A stretch of DNA of 64,000 bases from the human T2T-CHM13v2.0 reference genome, Homo sapiens. The stretch lies in NCBI RefSeq assembly GCF_009914755.1, contig NC_060929.1, one strand, 5' to 3'. Position 1 is the stretch's first letter; each line of letters opens with the position of its first letter. The notes under the pieces were generated by a model, which searched no databases, had not been told where the DNA came from, and saw only the letters and a list, made by a program, of their open reading frames with translations. Shown here piece by piece: positions 39,279 to 53,210 of this stretch. The position numbers were made by a program, and so were the translations under genes.

Positions 39279-40131
39279 ATATAATCTTTGCAATGAGAAT
39301 TATTTAATCTTTAACTGTAAGTTCAGCTTTGATCTATTTAGAGACCAGACATATTCCAAATCAAGGGACTAATAGGCCATTCTGTTAACTCTATTCCATC
39401 TTCCTATTTTGCATAGAGAACTTGGATTCTTAACCCCTTACCTGGTAATCAAGCCCCTGACTAATACCTAAGGATCAGAAAAGAGGTATTTGTCCTGGTT
39501 TCCTGCCTTGGCCAAGATCTGGGTGGGATCCTGACCCAAAAACCCAAATAGTCTACTCCACAATCCTCCTAATAATTAGCTCCGTCATCACCATGTGAGC
39601 CAGCACACAGGGGTCTATGGCATCCAATTTATTCACTTTTCACTCCTTATCAATACAGGTCAAAAGAAAATACAAAATAGATTATAGAAAAAAACAACAA
39701 AATGTGAAAGGAATGATCATAAAGTGTTTTGAACTTAGGTATTTATTGAAGTAAGGCTATAGCATGAATTAAAAGGCTATGTCTTTTTATCATCTCTAGT
39801 TTACTTATCGCTAAATTAACATATAATACACATAGCATTATGCTGGCATAGTATAGGCAATAAATGTTAATTCATATTATTCTGACATTGTTCAAGTAAA
39901 CGCGCATAGCCAGGATTTCTTTATAAAGTGAAGAATATCTAACAAATGTGAGACCACATAAAAATATGTGATACTTTTATGGATCAAATTATGTCTAATA
40001 AAGCATAATTATATTTAACAGTGACCTAAGGTACCCCCCAAAATCATAAAAACTAGAACAAACATCCACCTCATGGATCTCGTACTATATGTCAAGCACT
40101 TCTCTGGGTACCTTACATGCCTATGATATTT

Positions 40132-40469
40132 GTTTGTTTGTGCATTTATTTATTTATATTTTTAACTGTTATTTTAGGTTCAGGGGTACACGTGAAGGTT
40201 TGTTACGTAAGTAAACTCATGTCATGAGGGTTTATTGCACAGATTATTTCATCACCCAGGAATTAAGCCCAGTACCCAATAGCTATCTTCTCTGCTCCTC
40301 TCCCTCCTCCCACCTCCCACCAACAAGTAGAACCCAGTGGCTGTTGTTTCCTTCTTTGTGTTCATAAGTTCTCATCATTTAGCTCCTGCTTATAAGTGAG
40401 AACATGCGGTACCTGGTTTTCCGTCCCTCCGTTAGTTTGCTGAGGATAATAGCCTCCAGCTCTAACAAT
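40132..40469 (-). mobile_element. L1PA16-like 3' UTR fragment inserted into a MIR
   Basis: Antisense of the same 3' UTR as at 16.1 kb; 15-bp TSD with 2 mismatches (ATGCCTATGATATTT 40117-40131 / ATGCATATGCTATTT 40470-40484); MIR sequence on both flanks. Confidence 0.9.
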
Positions 40470-41096
40470 ATGCATATGCTATTTAATAGATAAAAAACTC
40501 CTATGAAGTTGCCCAGGATCATATAGCTAGTATATAAATGTGACTGGGTTCAAACCCTGGCCATTGATAAAAGAGTCCTTATTATATTTCCTCTACTATA
40601 CTTTCTTCCTATTAACTCTCACTTGGCATGGGATATATATTTAACAATAAAAAGTGTGTTATAATGAAAATAAATGGAAAACCAAAAATTAAGGGGAAAA
40701 TCATGTCATATTCTAGACAGGTAGACTATGCTGGTCATCTCATGTGGTCTCCCATCTTTATAAGAGGAACTGAATCAGACATATAGACATTGTTTGTTTG
40801 TTTCAGCAAAATATCAATTCTGATTACATCTTAAGTTTGGCATTTTGTATGACTAACAACTTTTGGAGAATTTCTACTTAATGAAAAAGAGAGAGATGCT
40901 GAAAAATTATCTGGGTAGAAGGCAAACACTTTAAATGTATTACAGAAATTGGAGTCAATAAATACTCAAGAGAGTAATTGTCCAATAAATGAGAGAGTGA
41001 CAAATTTAGTAAGTTTCAAGAAATAAAGGTTGATCAAATACAAAATGCGCACTTTTGCCAACAGTAGAATATTTCTGACTTCTAAAGATGGGACTC

Positions 41097-41464
<368 letters not shown>

Positions 41465-42136
41465 CTAGCAGTGAAAATAAGTACATGGTAAATAATTCAC
41501 ATGCAGAAAGTCCAGTACAAGTCTCGCCAGTGAGTGAAAGATGATTAGACACAACCTAAGGATGCAGCATTAAGTTTTTATCATTGTTGTTGAAAAGACT
41601 GGAAAGGAAGCTTGAAGGAAAATAAAGACTGAGGCCTTGCATTCTGCATAGTGGTACAAAGTCATGTATTTGACAAGCTTGTAACTCCCACATGATTATA
41701 TTCACATATAAATCTAGTTGAGTTGTCTTCAAAATGATCAATAAATCTTACAGAGATGCATTTGCCAATTATTCTCAATCAATGCAAGAAAGAATATCTT
41801 TTAGAACAGAGCAAGTAAACAATCAAATTTTATTCTCTTCTGAACACCATAATCATCTCTAATTTTTCAAAACAATTCTTAAACCTTTACTAGCATCTAA
41901 TAAGTGCCTTTCATTTTGTTATGCATCAATAAAAAAATGTTAAAATCATGATATTTAAAAACTAAGTTTCCTAAGTAATCATCTGGACTCTAAATTGGAG
42001 ACTAACATCCTTGTGGGGATGACATCCTCACTCAGGCTGTGACTCATTGATGCTCATAAAGTCAGTTCCTTACTAGGTTGTCAGTCAATTTCTTACATTA
42101 TATTAGACATTAACTTATCATGCAATTTGTTAAGGC

Positions 42137-42139
<3 letters not shown>

Positions 42140-42180
<41 letters not shown>
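42140..42180. repeat. (TC)20 microsatellite
   Basis: Perfect dinucleotide run. Confidence 0.97.
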
Positions 42181-42183
<3 letters not shown>

Positions 42184-42221
42184 CCTCTCCTCATTCCAAA
42201 GGAAATTAAGGAAATAGCTAG

Positions 42222-42593
42222 ACAATAGTTTGGCTCTGTGTCCCCACCCAAATCTCATCTCAAACTGTAATCCCCATGTGTCAAGGGAGGGACCCGGTGG
42301 GAGGTGACTGAACCGTGGGGGCAGTTTCCCCTATGCTGTTCTCATGATAGTGAGAGAGCTCTCATGAGATCTGAGATCTGATGGTTTTATAAGGGGCTCC
42401 TCCTCCTTCCTGCTCTCTTTCTCTACTGTTGCCTTGTGAAGAAGGGGCCTGTTCCCCTTTGCCTTCACCATAATTATGTTTCCCAAGGCCTGCCTGGCTG
42501 TGCAGAACTGTGAGTCAATTAAACCTGTTTCCCTTATAAATTACTCAGTCTTGGGGGGATTTCTTTATAGCAGTGTGAAAACGGACTTATACA
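42222..42593 (+). mobile_element. THE1 (THE1D-like) solo LTR
   Basis: GTTTGGCTCTGTGTCCCCACCCAAATCTCATC...GTGAAAACGGACTTATACA. Confidence 0.92.
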
Positions 42594-43305
42594 GGGGTTT
42601 ATGCTTACATGTTGAAAATCAGTAAGTCCTTGGCCCTATGTTTTTATCTCATTTTGCTTAGCATAACAATTATAATCTCCTGGCAATATTTGACTTCACC
42701 TTTTGACCTATGTTGAATTCCATGTCCACATTTACTGTAAATATCACTTGATCACTTTTTTCTGTTTTGCTTCAGTTTAGCAGCTAATATATTCTAAACT
42801 CATTTTGTAGGCAAACACATTTTCATATATAAATTCCTTTGACTTTAATTATACAATATATTGGAAATTTTCCACATTTCTTTTGTCTTCTGTTTACTTT
42901 CTGTATATCTAAGCTACCATTCTGCAAGCCACGCATTAAGAAAGGCCTCATTCTCCTTACATTTCCTGAATATGTTTTGGAAAGAGTTAGGCACTTACGC
43001 ATTTGTGTCTATTTGTTGTGCACTAAGACAGAAAATGAATAGTATTTTGCTCATTGGGGTTTGGCAATGTTGTATAATTTAAAAACATAAAGCCTTTTCA
43101 ATCGCTTAATCCTTTCTTTCTCTTCCTTTCCAATGCCCAATACATAAAACAAAACAAAACAAAAAACCAAATAAGCAAGTAAGTAGAAAATGCTTTGTTG
43201 AGATAATAGCAGGACAACTTCACTTCTGTTATTGCCTTCGTATTTAGCTATGTCATTGTTTCATATACGGAAGAAGACTAGATTTCCTAGCTTTTCAGTA
43301 CCTAG

Positions 43306-43336
<31 letters not shown>

Positions 43337-43594
43337 TTATTTTGAACTGAGTTGGGGAAAACACTGGTTTTCTAGAATTATTTTTTCTTTCTCAGACCCA
43401 GCATAAGAAATGAATAAAATGCATATGAATGGTGATGCTGTTTGCAGATATAAAGTTAATAAAGAGAGTTTAAGATGACTTTTTTGCCTAGTAAATGTTA
43501 ATAATAAACACACAGTTTTCTTCTTATGAGTTTAAGATCACTTATGTATTATATATTTTCAGCAACCTGAATAGTGAGGTACTTGGTATCAATA

Positions 43595-44313
43595 ACCACC
43601 ACAGAAAAGATCATGAAGATATCTAAAGAAATTTAAAATAGAGCAACCATATGATCCAGCAATCTCTCTTCTGGGCATATATCCAAAGGAAATGAAATTG
43701 CCACCTTGTAAAGATATCTGCACTCCCATGTTCATTGCAGCATTATTCACAACAGCCAACATATGAAAACAACCTAAGTGTACATCAACAGGCAAATGGA
43801 TAAACTGTGATGTGTACATAAAATGGAATATTATCCAGCCATAGAACAGAATGAGATCTTGCTATTGGCCACAATGTGGATGAGTCTGAAGGACATTATG
43901 CTAAGTGAAATAAGCCTGACACAGAAAGAGGAATATTGCATGATCTCACTTATATGCCGACTCTTAAAAAATAATTCAATTATACAAAGATAGAGAACAA
44001 AACAGTGGTTACCAGTTTGGGTGGGGAGGAAATGAAAGATGTGGGTCATAGAATACAAAGTGTCAGATATATAGAATGAACAAGTCTAGAGATCTAACGT
44101 ACAATATGGGGACTATAGGTAATAAAATTGCACTGTATTTGAGACTCATGCTAAAAGGGTAGATTTTAGCTTCTCTTGCCACAAGAAAGATGGGTAACTA
44201 TGTGAGCTGATGCATATGTTCATTCGCTTCACTATAGTAACCTTTATACTATATATCTACCATAATATCATTTGTACACCTTAAATATACACAATAAAAT
44301 TTATTTTTAAAAG
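43595..44313 (+). mobile_element. L1MA 3' fragment
   Basis: CCATATGATCCAGCAATC..CATGTTCATTGCAGCATTATTCACAA..CACCTTAAATATACACAATAAA. Confidence 0.92.
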
Positions 44314-44499
44314 ATAAAGCAGTTTGGTCAAATTATGACACCAGGACACAAGTCAAAATTTTCAAATATAAAACCAGTGTTCTTACTTTGTCCTGTAACG
44401 TATGAAAATCAAACTGCAACTTGTTTCTTGTCAGTGCTAAGCAGCCCTTTTATTTATCTCCTGCTGGCTCCTCAGTATGTGCCCAACCTAAGTTGTTTC

Positions 44500-45230
44500 A
44501 GACGTTTTCTATTCTCTTCTAAGTTCTACTATTCCTTGCCCTTCTCAACAGGTGATCCCACTCCCCATGTAACTGGGAAGGTTGAGTTCATGAGCTCCTG
44601 CTTTCATCTTTGTCCCAACTCAATCTATCTCTCTGTTTGCCCCTACCTTTTCATCTTTCTTCCAGGTTTCAGAAAAAAAAAAAAAAAAAAACCCTCATCT
44701 TTTCTTTTTATGTCTGAAGTTAGTTCCTCCTTTCTGACCTCAGATTCCATCATGTCCCACCTCCAGAGACACTTCGCTGCCATTCTTACCCCTCTGGTTT
44801 TGAGCTCAAGTTGTCCTTTTTAATTGGATCTCTTCTGTCAGCTTCACTCATGCTCACATTTTCCCTAATGTTCTTCTCATCCTCATTCTCTTATCCCTGT
44901 AGCATGTGGACACTCTGTATGACACTATTTCTCTGAAATTAGTTGACAGTGACTTCCTCTTTTATGAACAGTTTGTCTTCTTCCCTTGCACAAAATTCAT
45001 CTAAGAACTACATGTGGATCCTCTTTTTGCTTTTTATCAAATAGTTATTAGATATCCAATTTATTTTCCCAAATCAGCCTCATCTAAATCTACATGTTTA
45101 ATTCTTAGCCACTGCAGCTCCAGTTCATATCACCAAATTCCTTTAGACATTTCCATTTTCCATCATTTCCACATCAACACATGCAATGGTCCTATCATAT
45201 GAAACACCTAGTTGAATAACTACAGTACTG
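44500..45230 (+). mobile_element. Decayed L2 fragment
   Basis: Pyrimidine-rich, L2-like composition; weak motif support. Confidence 0.35.
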
Positions 45231-45731
45231 AATGAGGAATTTATTTTTACTTGGTATTAATGATATAATTTTAATATGCTAAAGACAAATTAGCCTTGGT
45301 TTCTCCCAGGTTTTGAGCTTCTAGGTTTTCTGTAAGTATAATTATCTAAAAAAGATGACAAAGTTTTATATTTGATAGTCTTACACTTACTTTAAAAGCA
45401 ATAAAATGTTGTTGCTGAACATAATGTTTCAGATCCCATTAGCCCTATAATTTAATGATTCCGTATTTCTCAGCCCTATGTACTTAGGTCAAATTTATAC
45501 AATAATTAGATTCTTGTGAAGAAGAAAAGAGGATTATTCCATAACTCTTTACTCAGAATTCTATATTTTTTCATAATGTATAAAAATGTAGGAGATGCAT
45601 TCTTGTTAAGTTTATATACATTCTAGTCATATTATTTTTTGATAAACTACATTAACCAGGAAAATAAATGCTTTAAGGATAAAAAGTTAGACATAAAATT
45701 TATTCATGAAATAAGAAAACTCCCATTGATT

Positions 45732-46075
<344 letters not shown>

Positions 46076-47760
46076 CTATAACTTCATTGTATTTATTTAT
46101 TTAATACAAACTACTTTTTTTAGTAAGGTGATGTGTGAGTCAAAATTCAACCCCAAAGTTCATCGCATTTCAGTTCTTCTTTATATTGGAGGCGTCTCTC
46201 AGATGCTTTGCATTCATAATTTCATTAAAAGTTTTCAAAAGGAATGCACTTAGTTCCAGAGTTTGTGGAGTTCCATCTCAAAGGATCTGGACAAGGAAAT
46301 CTTCATCATGCAGGGAAGAGAGTCCTAATGCTATCATTTGTCTACCCACCATCTTTTGTGACTGCCTGTCCAGTGAAGATCTCCAAAAGGTCAGCAGGCA
46401 TTTCGAAACATATTTTTCCAAATAGGTACATACATATTTTTATAAACCATTGATATCTTCATTGCTACATTCATAAAATGCATAAATTAATTGTTAGCAT
46501 AAATATGCTATACTACGTCTGCTGAATTCTATTTTACAAAGAGATTCTTTTATAAAGGAAAATTTAGACACTAAAGTCTAATCTTAACTTTTATCAATTA
46601 CTGCTTAATCTTATCCTGTCTTCTCAGCAGGTTGGAATGTGGAATACATTTTAAATTTTAATCATTGTTTCAGATCATTATATCTAGAGTAACATTTACA
46701 TGGAATTGAGGATTTAAACAAATGTATAAAGTGTTTTTATCTCAGTGGGCAAACTATCGTTATTATCTACTTTTATCACTTTTCTCTCTTTTCTCCCTCC
46801 TAGAACTGAATCTTCATTCTTTGCATTTTATTGTATTTCATAATCTGGATCTCATATTTCAGGACTAAAAAAATGTAAGCTTACATTAATGATAGTTATT
46901 TCATAGCTTAGTCAATTTATTCAGTAGAACTAATATATCTAACTTAGGATGGAATTTATCTTGTACCCAGACGTCCCTATAAGAAGGAGTACATTATTGA
47001 GTTCACATAGCACACTTAAACATATGTAAAGCATCAACCACAGCAGGTAAGTCTACAAATTATGAGCAGATGTATACTTGTACTCCATGGATGTCAAATG
47101 CTGTGCAAATTTCAATGATATGGGCCACAATGTTTGGTGACAATGCAGAAATTTGGATTTTATAAAATAAGACCTTCATCTGGCAAAATACGGGGATTTT
47201 ATTTCCAGGTTGACATCATAAAGCCAAAAGAAAATAAATATTTTCTGTCTGTGAACAAGTATAAACATATGTCTTCTTACTTTAAACACATATGAAAATC
47301 TCTTTTCGTCTCTGTATGACTTCACAGTGCTAGCATTGCCCCATTGTCTGTCCCTGTCCCCGTCCAGACTCATGGGTATGCTGAACCACTAGAGATTCAT
47401 TCAGGTCAGTGTGGGAGGGGAGGTGGGAACACATCTGCTGAAAGGAAGCAAAGCAGAAATGAACCAGATGGCAGGCGTAATGAGGGTGAAGAGCAGAAAG
47501 GAAAATTCCCCTAAGATATACCAATGGCATTCTACCTGTGCTGAAAGAAAAGAGGACTGAAAAGGGAGCCAGCATGGTTTCTGGACATCTGAATGAGCTG
47601 ACTCAGTTGGGGGCTACTGTGTAGGATTACATTTAGAGTTGGTTAGGAAAGAGGGAATGAATGAAATGGGGAAGGAAGGTAAGCACATTTTGCCTGATTT
47701 CTTTTGTGAGAACAATTCTCCAGCTTCAGAAATCACAAATATTTACCAGCAATTAACAGG

Positions 47761-47841
47761 TTTCTTGTTCGAATCATCATCAGTTCTGTAAAAGATTAAT
47801 TTCTTCTGGTTCTAATCATCATCAGTTCTGTAAAAGAGTAA
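47761..47841. repeat. Tandem duplication with about 42-bp period
   Basis: Identical 24-mer AATCATCATCAGTTCTGTAAAAGA at 47772-47795 and 47814-47837. Confidence 0.92.
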
Positions 47842-47842
47842 T

Positions 47843-48166
47843 ATTTTTTCTTTTTCTTTTTCTTTTTTTGAGACAGTCTCACTGTATCACCCAGGCTGGA
47901 GTGCATGACACAATCTGGGCTCACTGCAACGTCTGCCTCCTGGGTTCAAAAGATTCTCATGCCTCAGCCTCCAAAGTAGCTGGGATTACAATGCATGTGC
48001 CACCATGCCTAGCTAATTTTTTTTTTTTTTTTTTTAGTATTTTTAGTGGAGATGATGGGGTTTTGCCATGTTGCCCAGGCTGGTCTCAAACTCCTGGCCT
48101 CAAGTGATCTGCCTGCCTCGGCCTCCCAGCGTGCTGGGATTACAGGCGTGAGCCATCGCACCTGGC
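47843..48166 (-). mobile_element. AluJb-like
   Basis: Antisense dimer; TSD AAGAGTAAT at 47834-47842 and 48167-48175. Confidence 0.93.
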
Positions 48167-49524
48167 AAGAGTAATTTTCTTTAAAAATACTGGACCAATC
48201 CAATACTTCCACGACCAAGAATCTCCTTCCCTCACTACAGCCTTTTCTAGTGTGCTACTCTTTATGAAAAAGAAAGAAATGGCTTATTTAATTTGCCACA
48301 GTCTGCAGAAATAAAACAGAAGACATTTAGAGATTCTAAAGATATTAAAAGATTACTGGTTTTACATCATTTACTTACAGTAGAATTGACCAAAACCAAA
48401 CATCCTCTTAGTTATTTCATGTATAAAAATTAGGTCAGTGAAGTAAAAGGGATCAGAAAGCTTTGTTATAGCAAACTGTTCAGAACATGTATTAGTTGAG
48501 CTTCAGTTTATGCAAATATAAGACCTTTTGATTTCCTTTCTCTATCACAAGGAAACTGCTAATACTACCAAGGACCAATGTCATTTCTTCAGAGGACAAT
48601 AAAATAGTTTGCATATGTATTTTTATATGTCTGTATATATGTGAAAAAAGAAGGTGATTCCCAGGAAAAAGAGGAGAGAAAGAAGAGATAAGCCAGAGCA
48701 ATAATCTCACTGCTCATTCATCCCTAAAATTAGGACTGTCACAACTTGGAATGATGCAAACAAAGTTTTATATTTTTTTCTAGATTTTCATTTGATAAGA
48801 AAAAAATGAAATGCTGTTTTACCTTGGAAAAATATGTTACCAAGGAGATTTGGATGAGTATGCATTATTCCAGAAACTACCAAAATTGAAAATGAACAAA
48901 TTGACTGAGAATTAGAGTAAAAGTTACAGGTCACCACCTGCTCCTTGCATTATATAGAGAAATGGGATTATAGCAGCAATAGTGATTATACTGATGACAT
49001 ACACATATACACACATACATATACATACCAGGTGGCACAAGATCTCTTGAAACCATTTCAAATTAGCTCTGATACAATTTATTTAAAGGTATTTCTTACC
49101 TCAAGAACAATCAACAGTGAAATATCATTATTCTGTGATGTCCTGTAATGCTATCCCCTACAGCAGAAAATACATGTTGTAAGAGTTCGCTGTATTTTAT
49201 CTTAGGGTTTTCTTAGAGTAATATTGACATTTGACATAACCCTAATTTGAAGCAAAATACAACTTTAAAATATATTTTTTTAGTGCTGAAATTTTCCTAA
49301 TTCCATGTTGAATAAGGAGACAGTTAATAGAATTTGAAAGAAACTTCTAATAACTCTGATGAAATAATATGTTTTCATGACCTTAGGGAGTTCTCCCTAA
49401 ATGCAGGACTATCTTTTTTCTGCCATACTAATAGTTATCCTGCAAAGAGTAAGCTGAATGATCCAGGTGGAAGCAGAGATAATGATACTAGTTAGAAATA
49501 CAAGTTCCTCATGATAAGAGGACC

Positions 49525-49745
49525 TGATATTTAATAAGTACTCATGAGGTACTAGCCACTACTTTAAAGGCTTTATATGTATGATAGTATTTAATTACAC
49601 AATTACCCTATAATGAAACTATAATCATTCATATCCTATAGGAGAAAAAATAGATCCAGAGGTGTTCAGTAACTTTCTTAGGGTTCACACAGCTAGAAAG
49701 TTGCAGAGCTTGACTTGAAGCCAGGAGCCTAGATTTAACCACAGT
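49525..49745 (-). mobile_element. MIR
   Basis: AGTAACTTTCTTAGGGTTCACACAGCTAGAAAGTTGCAGAGC. Confidence 0.65.
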
Positions 49746-49792
49746 GTGACCCTACCTTTCATCAGGACAGCCTTAATACTCAGGAAATAACA

Positions 49793-50094
49793 GGCTAAGT
49801 GTGGTGGCTCGTGTCTATAATCTCAGTGCTTTGGGAGGCCAAGGCAGGAGGATTGCTTGAGGCCGGGAGTTCAGGAGTTCAAGACCAGCCTGGACAACAT
49901 AGTGAGACCCTGTCTCTTCAAAAAATATCAAAAATTAGCTGGGTATGGTGGCGCATGCCTGTAGCCCTAGCTACTCAGGAGGCTGAGGCAGGAGGATTAC
50001 TTGAGGCCAGGAGTGCAAAACTGTAATGAGCTATGATTTTGCCACTACACTCCAACCTGGGAGACAGAGCGAAACTCTGCCAAAAAAAAAAAAA
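49793..50094 (+). mobile_element. AluJ (Jo/Jr-like)
   Basis: GGAGGATTGCTTGAGGCC..CATAGTGAGACCC..GAGCTATGAT; internal GGAGTTCA duplication. Confidence 0.93.
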
Positions 50095-50687
50095 GAAGAT
50101 TGTATTCTCCAATGTTAATCTTAAGAGGTAACATCAACGATTTATATATTTATTCATTCAGTCAATGATTATCATAATCACAGCCATATAATAAATGATA
50201 TATGCAATAAAAAGTTTTCTAAACCACCTATAAACACACATAAAGACTTAAATTCAAGAAACAGAATACAACATGTAATTGAGAGAGTAGAATTTAGTTT
50301 AAGAACCAGTAGCAGAAATATATAAATAGAGAGAACTGTCTTCATTTAGCAAAGCACGTCAGAAAATAACTAGTCTACAGACTTGGCCGAAATTGAGGAG
50401 TTTTGAAGCAAAGAGACAACAATAACTCAAGTGTACTATATAATAAACTAAGAGGAGTTTTGCATTTCCCAAGTAAGGCCTTCAGAGAGGAGTAAGGGAG
50501 CCAGAAAAAAGAGGGAAAGAAATGGAAGGAGAACTCATAGACTCTACCTGGAATATAACCACTGAAGAATTCCTGAAGGTGGAAATGGCTGAATACGTTT
50601 TGAAAATAAGACACTTATCTTTCAATTTTAAGTTATTTGCATAATAATGCAACCCTCCCCTGACCATGCTGCTTTTTCACTGTAAAC

Positions 50688-50869
50688 AAATGGTCCTCAA
50701 AGCAAAGTGTCATCCTCTGACCGACAACCTCAGGGGATGCAAGCCCTGTTAGAAATGCAAATTCTCAGAAGCCTCCCCAGACCTACTGGATGTGGAACTT
50801 TGGGCTCTGTATCATCTTAACCAGCCCTCCAGAGGATTATAATGTGTGCTGAAGTTTGAGAAACCTCTG
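50688..50869 (+). mobile_element. MER5A
   Basis: TGTTAGAAATGCAAATTCTC..CCCAGACCTACTG..AAGTTTGAGAAAC. Confidence 0.85.
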
Positions 50870-51799
50870 ACCGAAATCTCAGCAAAAGTCTTCTGTGTCC
50901 TCAATCTCGTGTAAGTGGCACTTTGGGAAATGGAAAACTTGGGTCAGTGTCCAGCAGAGATGTCATAAACAAGAAATGAGATGTAAAATAAAGATAAGAA
51001 ATTTACCCAGAAACACAAAAAAGAGTAATGAGGTGCAATTTAATGAATACTCACCAATAAACTCTAAATGTTTTAACAGACATTGAGCTTGCCAGATTTT
51101 GTGGGATAGGAATTTGAGACAAGTCTATAAATCTTAAATGGTAAGGTGATTAATGATAGTAGATCGTATGAAGACCTTGGTGTAATTCCTATCTGATAGC
51201 CATCCGAGAAATGTATCATTTGGAAAACTCTGTAGAATTATTTATAATTTTTTAAAAATGATCCATTTTTAAAGTTACATTTTAAATATGCATAGCCCAC
51301 TGGAAGACAATTTTGACCAAGAAGAGTTTTTGAGCTTAGGTATCACTTTGAGAGGTAGCCTATTGTGGTTAGTTTAAATTTGATACGACTTAGTAGTTAT
51401 AAGATGATCAGTCTTTTTTAAAAAAGATCTATTAACAATGGCATGTTTTGAAATAACTCCAGTGGATTCTTCCAATCTGGGAAAAGTGTAAACCCGTTAT
51501 GGGCTACAGAACCCACTGGGAGGTTTAGTCTGTGTGAACCATTTCTAGACTGATGATAGAGATGTGTTGAGAAGCCAGAGTTGTTCTTCAGTGGGTTGCT
51601 TGATGGAAAGCATCTCATTGGTCAGAATATTAATAGAGGTAGGAAAGAAAAAGCAGGTAAAGAGTCAAATCAGTGGTAGGATCCATGGAGAGTAAAATAT
51701 GCTATGTTGCAGAGATACACACTTAATGTGGTCAGAATCCATACTATCTTCTTTTTTAACAGTCCCTTGTTTTCATCTGAATAATCAAATGATGGAAAA

Positions 51800-52368
51800 T
51801 ACAATTCAAATTAACATCTGCTCCCTCAATCCACAATCCTCTGGAAGAGCTACACTCCACCCCACTGCCCACTTCTCTGAGAAAATACTTTCCCCCCCAC
51901 ACGCACTCAGTCCCTCCTGGGATAGGCTCGTGACTCTGGTCTAGACAATTAGATCATCCTGTTTCCCAGTGACAGTGTTTAATTCAGGAATTCAGGGGGA
52001 TAAAAGTGCAATCCAATTACCCAAATGGACTTCTGAGAGTCAGGCCCAGGATTTTATTTGAACTACTGGTGGGAATAAAGCTTTCTTTGTTGTTCTAGCT
52101 GAATCGGAGCTGTGAGTATAATGCTTGGGGCTCTTGGTGGCATTTTAAGTGGACAGTTTATCTGGGAACAGAGCCAAAAGATAGGACAGCAAAGCATGCG
52201 GACTAATACAATGGGTGCTGAGTGATATTAAGTCCTTGGGTACAGTTACACTTGATGTTAGAACTCTCCCAGTATATTTTAGTTTTTAAATAAAGAATAT
52301 TTCCTTATTGCTTAAGCCAGTTCAGACTGCATCTTCCAATATTTGAGAATAAAAGAACCTTAACTGAT
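51800..52368 (+). mobile_element. Old MaLR LTR (MLT1J/K/L-like)
   Basis: 3' end TTGCTTAAGCCAGTT..AAAAGAACCTTAACTGATA. Confidence 0.55.
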
Positions 52369-52736
52369 ATTCTAGTTATACCCTAGAGTGAGCAAAGTAC
52401 AGCAAAATTATTGACAGGTAGAATAGTGAAACGTCTAATATTGAGCTCTAAAATTGTGGGAGCAAAGCTATTTTACTAAAATAAACCATATGGATGAAAA
52501 GCTACGAGGTTTTGAGCACAGAATTCTGTTGGTGCCCATTTGAGATACTTGCATAGACTGCCCATTGTTAGGCTAAGTGGGAAATACCAATGTTCCAGCT
52601 CTGTTGTATCCATAACTTAAATCAAATTCTCCTAAGAATCAGTAAAAATTATTGATCCTAAGTGAGACCAGTAGTTGACACATTATTCTTTACTCTCAAA
52701 ACTTAAAAGGCATAGCTGTTGAAAAGTGAATCCTAG

Positions 52737-53210
52737 TGTTGGTAACTATCGTGAAGCCCTTTGTATCTTACTTATTTCCCTTGGTTTTCACTGTTTCCAT
52801 GGACACTGATGGTTCTTTCAGCAAGTACCTGCAGCTCTGTACCTATAGGCTTTCCCTGGCAGCCTCAGCTTAAACACTGGTAGGCCTAAAGTCAGGAGTT
52901 AATGACTCCCAGGAAGCAATCCCCAACCAAGGATGGAAGGGAAGAAGAGAATAAATGTCCCCGCTTGCTCACTCTTGGAGTGGGAAAGCTCTGAGGCAAG
53001 TTCTATAGCATCCACCATAAGTCCCCAGCAGTCTTCAGTCCAGTTGTCAACAACACAGTAAGCAGCTCTTTAACTCATCCTTTTTGGCTGCTTTCCTTCT
53101 AACATCTCAATTTTCCACTCTCCCACTCTTCATGCCATTTCTCTTGGGATTACCTCCAAAGGGACTTATTGCATTCAAATTCTTTCTTACTTCTGGACCT
53201 GATTCTGACA
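52737..53210 (+). mobile_element. LTR16 (ERVL)
   Basis: GGAGTTAATG..CCCAACCAAGGA..AATAAATGTCCCCGCTT..CTCTGAGGC..GGGATTACCTCCAAA match recalled LTR16 motifs. Confidence 0.7.

Noticed and set aside
43306-43333. T28 run as a possible retrocopy tail
   Set aside because: No adjacent retroposed body or TSD was recognised.
44335-44823. Longest ORF (162 aa)
   Set aside because: Lies in pyrimidine-rich, L2-like DNA and reads through a poly(A) run (KKKKKK). F/S/L-biased with no recognisable domain.
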